NCBI GenBank assembly: GCA_028692545.1
Contig: JAQUXC010000004.1
Coordinates: 630-64,629, forward strand
Direction of reading: 5' to 3'
Source of the DNA: Patescibacteria group bacterium
GTDB lineage: Bacteria > Patescibacteriota > Patescibacteriia > UBA1558 > S5-K13
Length of the DNA stretch: 64,000 bases
Part shown: in pieces, positions 17,933-27,579 of the stretch
Numbering within the stretch: the stretch's first letter is position 1
How the letters are laid out: each line of letters opens with the position of its first letter
Program-made: the position numbers and the translations under genes
Notes under the pieces: model-generated
Seen by the model: only the letters and a program-made list of their open reading frames with translations
Databases searched by the model: none
What the model was told of the DNA's origin: nothing

Positions 17933-20449
17933 TTAAATATTATTGTTCATTTTTTTATAAAACATAAGTTTGACTGTTTCTGAACATATAAAATATATAA
18001 ACACTATCGCCAGTATAATAATCATGTGAGAAGTAGCTGGTTTTACAAAATGGAATGTATTTTGTCCAAAACTTGTATATGGAATCATAATTGTCAAAAT
18101 TATTGCTAATATTGTAAGAACACTCAAAGATGTAGATGGTTTTGAAGCTTTTATAAATAATGCTTTACTACGGACAGAAAATATTAGGATAAGTTCCGTA
18201 AGAATACTTCCAATGAACCAATTTGTTTGCAAAACTTCTGGAGATATACGATAAAACAAACCAAAAAATATAAAATCAAAAATAGTACTTACAATTCCCA
18301 AAACTATTGAAAAAAGAACTATTTCTTTTACTTCATATTTTTTAGGAAGCATTAATTCTTTTTTGTCTGCTGTATCTGTGTAAATAGATATCATAGGAGT
18401 GTCTGATAGTAAATTTATCAAAAGAATCTGTACTGGCAACATTGGTAAAAAATCTACAAGAAGAGATGTACTTGCAACTGCAAAAAAATTACCAAAATTA
18501 GATGCAAGTGTTGCTTTTATATATTTTGTAATATTTGCAAAAACAGTTCTACCTTCTTTTATTCCATCAAGTATTACTGTAAGATTTTTTTGTAATAATA
18601 TTATATCAGTCGATTCTCTTGCTATGTCAGATGCACTATTTACCACAATAGAAACTCCAGCAATCTTCAAAGCTGGTGCATCATTTATACCTTCACCCAA
18701 AAATCCTATCATTTTATCTTCTCGCAAAAGTTCTATTATCTTATATTTTTGTTCTGGTGAAACTCTTGCGAAAACAGAATATTCTTCAAGCGCGTCTAAT
18801 TTTCTGTCTCTTGTCATATTTTCCCAAGTAGAACCAAGTATTACTTTTTCTGGAGAATCTATTAGTCCTATTTGATGAGCTACTGCTCCAGCCACTTCAA
18901 TACTATCCCCTGTAATTATTTTTATTTTTACACCCAAACTGTTGGCTTTTTTTACAATTTCATAAGAACTATCTTTTATAGGATCTACAAATGATATTAC
19001 ACCCAAAAATTCAAAATCTTTTTCTTTTATCAAATCTATATTTTCTATTGATTTATTTTTTATTATTTTTCTTGCAATAGCTAGTGTACGATGTCCCTGT
19101 ATACCCTCCATAGAAATCCATTTTTCAATATTTAATCTTTCATCTTTTGATATTATACTTTTATCTAAAATTTCCTCTATTGCACCACGAGTTATAATTT
19201 CTATTTTAGAAGCACTTTTTACAAGAACTATATTTCTTTTTGTATTTGGATTAAATGGCTCTTCTTCTAATATTTTACTATTTTCTATAATCTTTTTTTG
19301 ATCTTTTTTTATTGCTTTCCATAATGCTATATCAAATGGTTCTAGTTTGCATTTTTCATCACATTCTCCAGCTAAATTAGCACAAATAAGTATTTCATCT
19401 CTAAAATCAGAATAAATATTTGCAACCTTTAATTCATTTTTTGTAAGTGTTCCTGTTTTATCAGAGCACAGTATTTCTATTCCGCCCAAATCCTGAATAG
19501 CTGACAATCTTTTTACTATGACATCATGTTTTGCAAGACTTCTTGCTCCTTTTGAAAGAGAAAATGTAGTAACAAGTGGAAGTGCTTCTGGTATTACACT
19601 TACAGTAAGTGCAATTGCAAAAATAATAAGTTCTATATAATCCAATTTACCTTTTTTTATAATTATATTTGCCAACAGAATTACAACAAGAGTTATAGCA
19701 ACTAATTTCAAAATAAAATTCGAAAAATGTGATATACCTTTTTCAAAATCACTAACTCTTTTTGTTTCAGTTGAAAGTTTTGCAATATTTCCAAAAACAG
19801 TTTCTTTTCCAACAGCTAAAACTACAGCAATCATCTTACCACTCAATACATCTGTTCCAGAAAATGCCAAATTATTTGCTTCATAATATGATTTTGCTTG
19901 TTCTTTTAATACTCCATCTATTTTTTTTACTGAGACTGACTCCCCAGTAAGTACAGATTCATTTATAGTTAAATTATTTTGTTCCAAAATACGCACATCA
20001 GCAGGTACTTTGTCTCCTGTTTTCAAAATTATAATATCCCCTATTACCAAATTTTTTGATGGAATTGAAATTATATTCTCATCTCTTAAAACTTTTGTTT
20101 TTGGCATTGTGTACTTATTCAAAAGTTGAACAGTTTTTTCAGATCTATACTCTTGATAAAAACCCAAAAAAGTATTCACAGCTAAAAAAATAAATATCAT
20201 TAATGTATCTAATCTTTGCCCAAGAATTATAGTTATTATTATTGCTGCAATTAACAAATAAACAAAAGCTGACTTAAATTGACGGATAAAAATTTTAAAT
20301 CCATTGAGCTTCAATGAATCTATTTCATTGTATCCATTTTTTAAAAGTTTTAAATTGACATCTTTTTCTGTAAGACCTTTTTTGATAGATGTTTTTAATT
20401 CATCTAAAATATCTTTTTTTTCTTTTATAGAATATTCAAATATGTTCAT
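17933..20449 (-). CDS. mgtA: P-type ATPase, MgtA-like Mg2+ importer
   Basis: TGES, PEALP, DKTGTLT, ASNFGN, QILLINLLSD. Confidence 0.82.
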   Translation of the reverse strand: MNIFEYSIKEKKDILDELKTSIKKGLTEKDVNLKLLKNGYNEIDSLKLNGFKIFIRQFKSAFVYLLIAAIIITIILGQRLDTLMIFIFLAVNTFLGFYQEYRSEKTVQLLNKYTMPKTKVLRDENIISIPSKNLVIGDIIILKTGDKVPADVRILEQNNLTINESVLTGESVSVKKIDGVLKEQAKSYYEANNLAFSGTDVLSGKMIAVVLAVGKETVFGNIAKLSTETKRVSDFEKGISHFSNFILKLVAITLVVILLANIIIKKGKLDYIELIIFAIALTVSVIPEALPLVTTFSLSKGARSLAKHDVIVKRLSAIQDLGGIEILCSDKTGTLTKNELKVANIYSDFRDEILICANLAGECDEKCKLEPFDIALWKAIKKDQKKIIENSKILEEEPFNPNTKRNIVLVKSASKIEIITRGAIEEILDKSIISKDERLNIEKWISMEGIQGHRTLAIARKIIKNKSIENIDLIKEKDFEFLGVISFVDPIKDSSYEIVKKANSLGVKIKIITGDSIEVAGAVAHQIGLIDSPEKVILGSTWENMTRDRKLDALEEYSVFARVSPEQKYKIIELLREDKMIGFLGEGINDAPALKIAGVSIVVNSASDIARESTDIILLQKNLTVILDGIKEGRTVFANITKYIKATLASNFGNFFAVASTSLLVDFLPMLPVQILLINLLSDTPMISIYTDTADKKELMLPKKYEVKEIVLFSIVLGIVSTIFDFIFFGLFYRISPEVLQTNWFIGSILTELILIFSVRSKALFIKASKPSTSLSVLTILAIILTIMIPYTSFGQNTFHFVKPATSHMIIILAIVFIYFICSETVKLMFYKKMNNNI

Positions 20450-20631
20450 AAAAAAGTATCATAACAAGTTAAAATACAAATTAATTATATCATAAATAAA
20501 TTTACTTAAATGACAATGGTTCAAAAAAATAGGTCATGGAACCTATTTTAATGAAAATTTAGCAAAATATTTTTATATAATATATTATTTTTGAATTCTC
20601 TGTTTTTGTATTCTTTACTAAAGTACACTCC

Positions 20632-20700
20632 AAGATAATATGGTGATGTATTTATTATAAAAGCAGGTTGGGAATTCTAACCTGCTTTTAAATTTTATAA
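20632..20700 (+). repeat. Direct repeat copy 2 (degenerate methyltransferase 3' end plus terminator)
   Basis: aagataatatggtgatgtattttattataaaagcaggttgggaattctaacctgctttt. Confidence 0.85.
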
Positions 20701-20707
20701 AAACAAA

Positions 20708-21556
20708 TTAAGTTAATAATTTTTTTAAAAATTCATCATCAAATGTTATATGGATACTTTTTTCTTCTAGATTATCAGGGCGCTTTTCGCGAACAATTTT
20801 TAATGAAATTCCTTCTATATCTGTTGGGAGTTTAACAGTATAATTCAAAGGATCTATTTTGTCCTTAGATAAATTCTCATAAATATTTGGAATATCAATA
20901 AATTCCTGATCATCTTCTAATGCCCCCATAGATTTACAAAATTCCGTTGATCCATTTTTTGAAAAACTATAATTAATAGCTTCCATTCCATTATCTTCAA
21001 TTATTTTTTTATTTTCTTCTATTTGAGAATAATTTTTAAACCAGCCACCGGCTTGAGTACCAGATGTACCATAAACCCAACCTCCATCTTGATCAATTTG
21101 ATGCGTAACTGGAATGCCTTTAGCAAATTTTACAAAATGTCTCTCATATTGATTATTAAAATTTTGTAAAAAAATCTCTACTGATAATCTTTTATTAGTA
21201 CGGTCTTCATACTCTTCCTTGTATTTTTTAAAAGCTTCGATATAGCGCTCTATTCTTCTTTGTATTTTTGAAACTATTTCATAATCTTGCTCTAATCCCA
21301 TTTCTTTCATATTTTGGACAATTTCATTTAAACGATTAATTAATCTTTCAACTGGATTTTTTTCTTTTTCAATATCATATTCTTGCATTGTTTTTTCTGC
21401 TTGCTTTTCAGCAATTTTGATCAAAGATTCCTCTTCTTCATGGGTAATATCTATACCTTTAGATAAATCCCTTATATTATTTTCTTTATTAGCACCAATC
21501 ATAGCCTTTTCCTCTGAATCAATATAAGAATCTGGTTGAAATGATTCATTTTCCAT
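20708..21556 (-). CDS. Hypothetical protein
   Basis: 282-aa ORF, acidic/coiled N-terminus. Confidence 0.7.
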   Translation of the reverse strand: MENESFQPDSYIDSEEKAMIGANKENNIRDLSKGIDITHEEEESLIKIAEKQAEKTMQEYDIEKEKNPVERLINRLNEIVQNMKEMGLEQDYEIVSKIQRRIERYIEAFKKYKEEYEDRTNKRLSVEIFLQNFNNQYERHFVKFAKGIPVTHQIDQDGGWVYGTSGTQAGGWFKNYSQIEENKKIIEDNGMEAINYSFSKNGSTEFCKSMGALEDDQEFIDIPNIYENLSKDKIDPLNYTVKLPTDIEGISLKIVREKRPDNLEEKSIHITFDDEFLKKLLT

Positions 21557-21562
21557 ATTTTT

Positions 21563-21584
21563 CTTGTCCCGTTGAATAACGGGA
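21563..21584 (-). repeat. Hairpin plus ACAAG micro-element 6 nt before the start codon
   Basis: Minus strand tcccgttattcaacgggacaag-aaaaat-ATG; same layout at 31221-31243. Confidence 0.65.
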
Positions 21585-21756
21585 ATTATTAGTTGATTAA
21601 ATATAAAAACCTATATATATTTTCTCACATTATAGATAAAAGATCAAAACAATATCTTAATAAAAAATACTTTAATGCTTTAATCAATCCTGGTAAGTTG
21701 ATTACTCGAAACATATACTAGTTTAGCTCCGGGGGCATAACTTTCACCCCACCAAT

Positions 21757-21831
21757 TGGCTGTCGGGGCAGGACTCGAACCTACAACATCTACGTTAACA
21801 GCGTAGCGTTCTACCATTGAACTACCCGACA
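21757..21831 (-). tRNA. tRNA-Asn (GTT)
   Basis: TGTCGGG/CCCGACA acceptor stem, anticodon GTT, GGTTCGAGTCC T-arm, CCA encoded. Confidence 0.95.
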
Positions 21832-22017
21832 ATAAAATAAAAATCAGCTTTGCGAGCTGATATTGTAAAACAAAAATAGCTCGCAACTTATCCGAGATTG
21901 TTATTATTATTTAGTTTTGCTATTTTTATTATCATATAAATATAATAACACAAAAATAAATAAATGCAATACACATATTTACTATTATATATTTATATAT
22001 TATAATTATTTTTATCC

Positions 22018-22079
22018 TTCGGGGATCGTCTAATGCTCGCCCGCATCGCTACGCGAAGCGTTGCGAGCGGGGTAGGACA
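22018..22079 (+). pseudogene. Duplicated 5' part of tRNA-Gln, interrupted by a 36-nt palindromic element
   Basis: ttcggggatcgtctaatg[ctcgcccgcatcgctacgcgaagcgttgcgagcggg]gtaggaca versus 22341-22366. Confidence 0.88.
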
Positions 22080-22084
22080 AAATT

Positions 22085-22333
22085 ATGTATTATACATATG
22101 TTTTAAAAAGTAAAAAAGATGATAAACTATATATTGGTTATACTAAAGATTTAGATAATAGATTCAAAGAGCATAATAATGGATTAGTTTTTTCAACTAG
22201 GAATAGAAAGCCATTTGAAATAATATATTTTGAAGCATGTTTAGTTAAAAAAGATGCTATAAAAAGAGAAAAGCAATTAAAAACTGGTTTTGGAAGAACT
22301 TACTTAAATAGAAGGTTGAGTAATTTAAAATAA
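22085..22333 (+). CDS. Small stand-alone GIY-YIG nuclease (UPF0213-like)
   Basis: YYTYVLKS, LYIGYT, RFKEHN, AIKREKQLK. Confidence 0.9.
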   Translation: MYYTYVLKSKKDDKLYIGYTKDLDNRFKEHNNGLVFSTRNRKPFEIIYFEACLVKKDAIKREKQLKTGFGRTYLNRRLSNLK

Positions 22334-22341
22334 AATACCAT

Positions 22342-22415
22342 TCGGGGATCGTCTAATGGTAGGACAGCGGGTTCTGGTCCCGTCAATCTGGGTTCGATTC
22401 CTAGTCCCCGAGCCA
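22342..22415 (+). tRNA. tRNA-Gln (CTG)
   Basis: TCGGGGA/TCCCCGA stem, anticodon CTG, GGTTCGATTCC, CCA encoded. Confidence 0.95.
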
Positions 22416-22420
22416 TCGAG

Positions 22421-22448
22421 AAAGCATTGATATAATCAGTGTTTTTTT
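22421..22448 (+). terminator. Intrinsic terminator after tRNA-Gln
   Basis: aaagcattga-tataa-tcagtgttttttt. Confidence 0.7.
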
Positions 22449-22494
22449 GTTTATGATGGTATTAATAAAGAAATCTTTTTTGTTTAATTTAAAA

Positions 22495-24291
22495 TTAGAT
22501 ATTTCTTTTTCTACTATGTCTAACTCTTTCAATTTCAGTTAGATGTTTTTTTCTAAGTCTTATATTTTTTGGAGTAATTTCTAAATATTCATCAGAATTC
22601 ATAATACTCATTCCACTTTCAAGAGTAATTTCTATTGGGGTTACAAGTTTTATTGCATCATCAGCATTTGAAGATCTCATGTTTGTAAGTGCTTTTCCTT
22701 TTATTGGGTTTACTACCATATCCATTCCTTTTGCAGTATTTCCTACAATCATTCCTTCATATACTTCTATATTTGCTTTTATATAAAGTGCTCCCCTTTC
22801 TTGTAAATTGAAAAGTGAAAAACCAAGTGCTTTTCCTGTTGCCATAGAAACCATTGAACCAAGTTTTGTTTTTTCTATTTTTCCAGCATATTTTTTGAAT
22901 CCTATTACACGAGAATACAATATTCCTTCACCTCTTGTATCAACAATAAATTCATTTTTATACCCCAAAAGTCCACGAGTTGGAATTTCAAAAACTATTC
23001 TTGTATGTCCGTGCTCTGGTTTCATTTCTGTCATTACACCACAACGCATTGAAAGTTTTTGAATTATAGTTCCAGACATTTCTTGTGGAACATTTATAGT
23101 TACCTCTTCAAATGGTTCTAATTTTATTCCATCTTGCTCTTTTATAATTACATGTGGTTGAGAAATTTGGAGTTCATATCCTTCTCTTCTTAAATTTTCC
23201 AATAAAATTGCAATATGCATCTCACCTCTACCATAAACTTTGTAAAATTCTTTTGAGGTAAAATCAATTTTGAGTCCTACATTTACTTCCAATTCTTTTT
23301 CTAATCTTTCTTTTAATTGTCTGCTTGTTACAAATTTTCCATCACGACCGGCAAATGGAGAATTATTTACAAGAAAATTCAAACATATTGTTGGTTCATC
23401 TATATTTATATTTGGAAGTGCTTCTTGATTTTCATTTTCATAAATTGTTTCTCCAATATATATATCAGGAAGTCCTGCTATCATTACAATATCACCAGAG
23501 ACAGCAGTTTCCACTTCTTTTCTATTCAAACCCTCAAAAGTAAACAATTTTCCAATTTTCCCTTTTCTAACATTTCCATGGACATCTTTTATAAAAACAT
23601 TTTGTCCTTGACTTATTGTTCCTTCATAAACTCTAGTAACCGCAAGTCTTCCCAAAAAATTATCATAAGCCAAATTAAATGGTTGAACCAAAAGTGGCAT
23701 ATTATCTAATTCTTCGCTCGATGCAACAGGAACTTTTTCCAAAATTATATCAAGAAGTGGTGCAAAATCTTTTGCATCATCATGCATTTTGTGTTTTGCA
23801 ACTCCATCACGTGCAATTGCATATATTGTGGTAAAATCTAATTGTTCATCGCTTGCCCCAAGGTCTAGAAATAATTCAAAAATCATTTCCTTTACTTCGT
23901 CAGGATTTGCAGCTGGTTTATCAATTTTATTTATTACAACAATTGGTTTGAGTCCCAAATTCAAAGATTTTTTCAAAACAAATTTTGTCTGAGGCATTGG
24001 CCCTTCTTGCGCATCAACAACCAAAACTACAGAGTCAATAGATCGCAAAACTCGCTCAACTTCAGATCCAAAGTCAACGTGTCCAGGAGTGTCTACAATA
24101 TTTATCTTTGTATCTTTGTAATAGATAGAAGTATTTTTTGAGTAAATTGTAATTCCTCTTTCTTTTTCTAAGTCATTGCTGTCCATACTTACATCACTAT
24201 TACTCATTCCAGTCTGACGCATCAGCATGTCTGTAATAGTTGTTTTTCCATGGTCAACATGAGCAATAATTGCTATATTTCTTATTTCCAT
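22495..24291 (-). CDS. typA: Translational GTPase TypA/BipA
   Basis: [28 protein letters not shown]-terminal [11 protein letters not shown]. Confidence 0.96.
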   Translation of the reverse strand: MEIRNIAIIAHVDHGKTTITDMLMRQTGMSNSDVSMDSNDLEKERGITIYSKNTSIYYKDTKINIVDTPGHVDFGSEVERVLRSIDSVVLVVDAQEGPMPQTKFVLKKSLNLGLKPIVVINKIDKPAANPDEVKEMIFELFLDLGASDEQLDFTTIYAIARDGVAKHKMHDDAKDFAPLLDIILEKVPVASSEELDNMPLLVQPFNLAYDNFLGRLAVTRVYEGTISQGQNVFIKDVHGNVRKGKIGKLFTFEGLNRKEVETAVSGDIVMIAGLPDIYIGETIYENENQEALPNINIDEPTICLNFLVNNSPFAGRDGKFVTSRQLKERLEKELEVNVGLKIDFTSKEFYKVYGRGEMHIAILLENLRREGYELQISQPHVIIKEQDGIKLEPFEEVTINVPQEMSGTIIQKLSMRCGVMTEMKPEHGHTRIVFEIPTRGLLGYKNEFIVDTRGEGILYSRVIGFKKYAGKIEKTKLGSMVSMATGKALGFSLFNLQERGALYIKANIEVYEGMIVGNTAKGMDMVVNPIKGKALTNMRSSNADDAIKLVTPIEITLESGMSIMNSDEYLEITPKNIRLRKKHLTEIERVRHSRKRNI

Positions 24292-24500
24292 ATATTAGTA
24301 AAATATATAATATTAAAAGTGCTTTAAAGAATATAATAATTTTTTTGTATTGTCAATGTTAATAGATGATAATTTATATTATGCAAATACCCACTCCGGG
24401 GGGTGACGTAATCCCAGAGTGGTATTTTTAAAAGTCTTATTTTTTAAATTCATATCTTGATTATTTCCTAAATAATGCTACCATAAATATATTCAAAAAT

Positions 24501-24563
24501 ATGACATTAAACAAATTTCAGAATACAAATAAATCTTGGTGGACTACCTATAATATTGGGTAG
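24501..24563 (+). CDS. trpL: Trp leader peptide MTLNKFQNTNKSWWTTYNIG
   Basis: 20-aa ORF with tandem TGG TGG, upstream of trpB. Confidence 0.8.
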   Translation: MTLNKFQNTNKSWWTTYNIG

Positions 24564-24626
24564 AGATATTTTGTTTTAAAATTTTTAGAAAACTACTCAA
24601 TATTGTTTCAATTGGGTAGTTTTTTT
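24543..24626 (+). promoter_or_regulatory. Transcription attenuator (1:2, 2:3 and 3:4 hairpins)
   Basis: ctacc/ggtag; aatattgggtag pairs with ctactcaatatt; actactcaat/attgggtagt followed by a T-run. Confidence 0.8.
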
Positions 24627-24732
24627 ATTTATCAAAAATTATTATGCATTACTATTTTTATAACAAATCAACTCAACCTTGGCGATAAATATGTCTAGTG
24701 TTATTTATTAATTATTTAAACTTAAAAATTAT

Positions 24733-25953
24733 ATGAAAAATTCATTAAAAATGTCCCCTGATCGATTTGGCTACTTTGGAAAATATGGCGGACAAATTAT
24801 TCCTGACATTTTAAAACCAATATTTGATAATATTGCAGTAGCTTACAGAAATGCTCAGCATGATTCTAATTTTCAAAAAGAATATCAAAACCTACTAAAA
24901 AACTATGTAGGGCGACCATCACCACTATATTATGCTAAAAATCTATCAGAAAAATTTGGTGGTGCAAAAATATATCTAAAACGTGAAGATTTAAATCACA
25001 CAGGAGCACACAAAATAAATCACACTCTTGGTGAAGCATTACTTGCTAAAAAAATGGGAAAGACAACATTATTAGCAGAAACAGGAGCTGGTCAACATGG
25101 TGTAGCACTGGCTACAGCAGCAGCGCTTGTTGGAATAAAATGTGAAATTCATATGGGTGAAATAGATGTTTTAAAACAACATCCAAATGTTATTCGCATG
25201 CAATTATTAGGTGCAAAAGTTGTCACAGTAAAATCTGGTGGAAGGTGTCTAAAAGATGCAGTTGATAGTGCTTTTGATGCTTTTGTAAAAGATTCAAAGA
25301 ATATTTTCTTTGGCATTGGCTCAATTGTAGGCCCACATCCATTTCCTATGATAGTCAGAAATTTTCAATCAATAATTGGAAAAGAAACAAAGGGTCAAAT
25401 TTTAGAACAAGAAAAGAGATTGCCAGATTATCTAATAGCCTGTGTTGGAGGTGGTTCAAATGCAATTGGATTGTTTCACGAATTTTTAGATGATACAAAT
25501 GTAAAAATGATAGGAGTTGAACCTAGTGGACGAAGTTTCAAACCAGGAGATAATGCAGCCACACTAACATTAGGAAGACCAGGAAATATTCATGGTATGT
25601 TTACTTATTTACTACAAGATGATAACGGAGAACCATTGCCAGTCCATTCCATTGCTTCAGGATTAGATTATCCAGGGGTTGGACCAATTCACTCTGACTT
25701 GAAAGATAAAGGAAGAGTAATCTATAAAACTATAAATGACATAGAAGCACTTGATGCATTTCAAATTTTAACTAAATCTGAAGGTATAATTCCTGCATTA
25801 GAAAGTTCTCATGCACTAGCACATGCTATAAAAATAGCCCCTAGATTAAATAAAAATGAAATTATTATTGTCAATTTGTCTGGTAGGGGCGATAAAGATA
25901 TTGATTATGTGGCAGATAGATTAGAACTTTCAAAGAATAATTCACAATATTAA
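24733..25953 (+). CDS. trpB: Tryptophan synthase beta chain
   Basis: [47 protein letters not shown]. Confidence 0.96.
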   Translation: MKNSLKMSPDRFGYFGKYGGQIIPDILKPIFDNIAVAYRNAQHDSNFQKEYQNLLKNYVGRPSPLYYAKNLSEKFGGAKIYLKREDLNHTGAHKINHTLGEALLAKKMGKTTLLAETGAGQHGVALATAAALVGIKCEIHMGEIDVLKQHPNVIRMQLLGAKVVTVKSGGRCLKDAVDSAFDAFVKDSKNIFFGIGSIVGPHPFPMIVRNFQSIIGKETKGQILEQEKRLPDYLIACVGGGSNAIGLFHEFLDDTNVKMIGVEPSGRSFKPGDNAATLTLGRPGNIHGMFTYLLQDDNGEPLPVHSIASGLDYPGVGPIHSDLKDKGRVIYKTINDIEALDAFQILTKSEGIIPALESSHALAHAIKIAPRLNKNEIIIVNLSGRGDKDIDYVADRLELSKNNSQY

Positions 25954-25985
25954 ATTTCCTATATCCCCTACTCCTCCACTACCCC

Positions 25986-26014
25986 TTGCAATTATTAATT
26001 ATTTGTGTTATCAT
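25986..26014 (+). promoter_or_regulatory. Sigma70-type promoter for the helicase gene
   Basis: TTGCAA-17-TATCAT with extended TG. Confidence 0.5.
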
Positions 26015-26144
26015 ATTTGAATTAAAGATTGTTCTATAGATTTTCCAAGAAATAATATAAATTTCGAAGCTCTATACAGCAATTCGGAATTTATTAATTA
26101 TTTTGCATCAAAATATGATTTTTGGTGCATTTGGAAAACATTTT

Positions 26145-27512
26145 ATGCAAAAAAACACATCAGGGAGAGCGTTTTCTCCGTCATTTACTTCTACAAGTAA
26201 AAAAAGGAAAATGAACTACAAATCATTTAATTCAAATGGTTTTTCTAAACGTGAGGAAAGCCCTAAAAAATCAAGCGAAAGTACTCCAAAACCATTTAGT
26301 TCTGGTAATTCTTTTGCAAATAGAAATACTCAACACTCCTCTTTTGGCGGACAAAGAAGAACTTTTGGAAACCGTGCAAAAGGCAAAAGACGTGGAGAAA
26401 ATATTGACATTATGAAATTTGTTCAAAAATCTGTTGTATCTTCTGAAATAAAAATAGTGGAAATAAAACATTCCTTTTCTGATTTCAAATTTTGTAAAGA
26501 CATAGAAAATAATTTGAAAAGAAAAAATTATATTACTCCAACCCCTATTCAAGATCAAACAATAGAACTTATTATAAATGGATCTGATATTGTAGGACTT
26601 GCAAATACTGGTACAGGAAAAACTGGGGCATTTTTGCTTCCACTTATAGACAAAGTTTTTCAAAACAGAAATGAAAAAGTTTTGATAATTGCTCCTACAA
26701 GAGAATTAGCTGTTCAGATTGAAAATGAATTTAGAGAATTTTCAAATGGTATGAGAATATTTTCTGCAATTTGTGTTGGTGGAGCTCCGCTATACAAACA
26801 AATTGAAAGTTTGAAAAGAAATCCAAACTTCGTAATTGGAACCCCAGGAAGAATAAAAGATCTTAGCAAAAGAAATTTGATAAAATTTGAAACATTTACA
26901 AATGTTGTCCTTGACGAAGTCGACCGTATGCTTGATATGGGTTTTGTAGATGAAATAAAAGAAATATTAAATACTTTACCAGAAAAAAGACAATCTTTAT
27001 TTTTCTCAGCTACAATTCCTACAAAAATAAAAGAGCTTATAAACACTTTTATGAAAAATCCTATAACCATTGAAACTACAACTGGCGAAACAGCCTCAAA
27101 TGTTGAGCAAGACATTGTAAGATCTAGTCGCGATAAAGGTTTGAAATTTGAAAAACTTCAAGAAATATTAAAACAAGATGAATTTGTAAAAGTTTTGATA
27201 TTTATTGAAACAAAAATAGAAGTTGAAAGATTGACTCAAAATTTGATTTCAAAAGGATTTCGTGCTGATTCAATTCATGGAGATAAAAGACAAGGTCAAA
27301 GACAACGTGCTCTTACGCAATTCAAAAATAGTTATGTTGATGTTTTGGTTGCAACTGATGTTGCAGCTCGTGGTCTTGATATAAAAGATATTTCTCACGT
27401 TATAAATTACACAATTCCACAAACCTACAATGATTATATTCATAGAATTGGAAGAACTGGCCGTGGCACAAGTAAAGGCAAAGCTCTTACATTTGTAGAA
27501 TCTGTAATGTAA
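26145..27512 (+). CDS. DEAD-box RNA helicase (start uncertain: 26145 or 26211)
   Basis: TPIQ, TGTGKT, PTRELA, TPGR, DEVD, SAT, ARGLD, HRIGRTGR. Confidence 0.93.
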   Translation: MQKNTSGRAFSPSFTSTSKKRKMNYKSFNSNGFSKREESPKKSSESTPKPFSSGNSFANRNTQHSSFGGQRRTFGNRAKGKRRGENIDIMKFVQKSVVSSEIKIVEIKHSFSDFKFCKDIENNLKRKNYITPTPIQDQTIELIINGSDIVGLANTGTGKTGAFLLPLIDKVFQNRNEKVLIIAPTRELAVQIENEFREFSNGMRIFSAICVGGAPLYKQIESLKRNPNFVIGTPGRIKDLSKRNLIKFETFTNVVLDEVDRMLDMGFVDEIKEILNTLPEKRQSLFFSATIPTKIKELINTFMKNPITIETTTGETASNVEQDIVRSSRDKGLKFEKLQEILKQDEFVKVLIFIETKIEVERLTQNLISKGFRADSIHGDKRQGQRQRALTQFKNSYVDVLVATDVAARGLDIKDISHVINYTIPQTYNDYIHRIGRTGRGTSKGKALTFVESVM

Positions 27513-27534
27513 ACTAAGAAATTTATAGATTTAT

Positions 27535-27562
27535 AAAAGCTCTGACTAAAATCAGGGCTTTT
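27535..27562. terminator. Bidirectional terminator
   Basis: aaaagctctga-ctaaaa-tcagggctttt between convergent genes. Confidence 0.7.
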
Positions 27563-27579
27563 ATATATATGATAATATT

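Noticed and set aside
21680-21886. 68-aa minus-strand ORF
   Set aside because: It overlaps tRNA-Asn and is a translation of the tRNA sequence
22018-22415. tRNA intron containing the GIY-YIG ORF
   Set aside because: The downstream tRNA is already complete, so no splicing is needed, and there is no room for a group I core
24400-24730. T-box riboswitch upstream of trpB
   Set aside because: No AAGGTGGTACC-like T-box motif seen; the leader-peptide attenuator explains the structure
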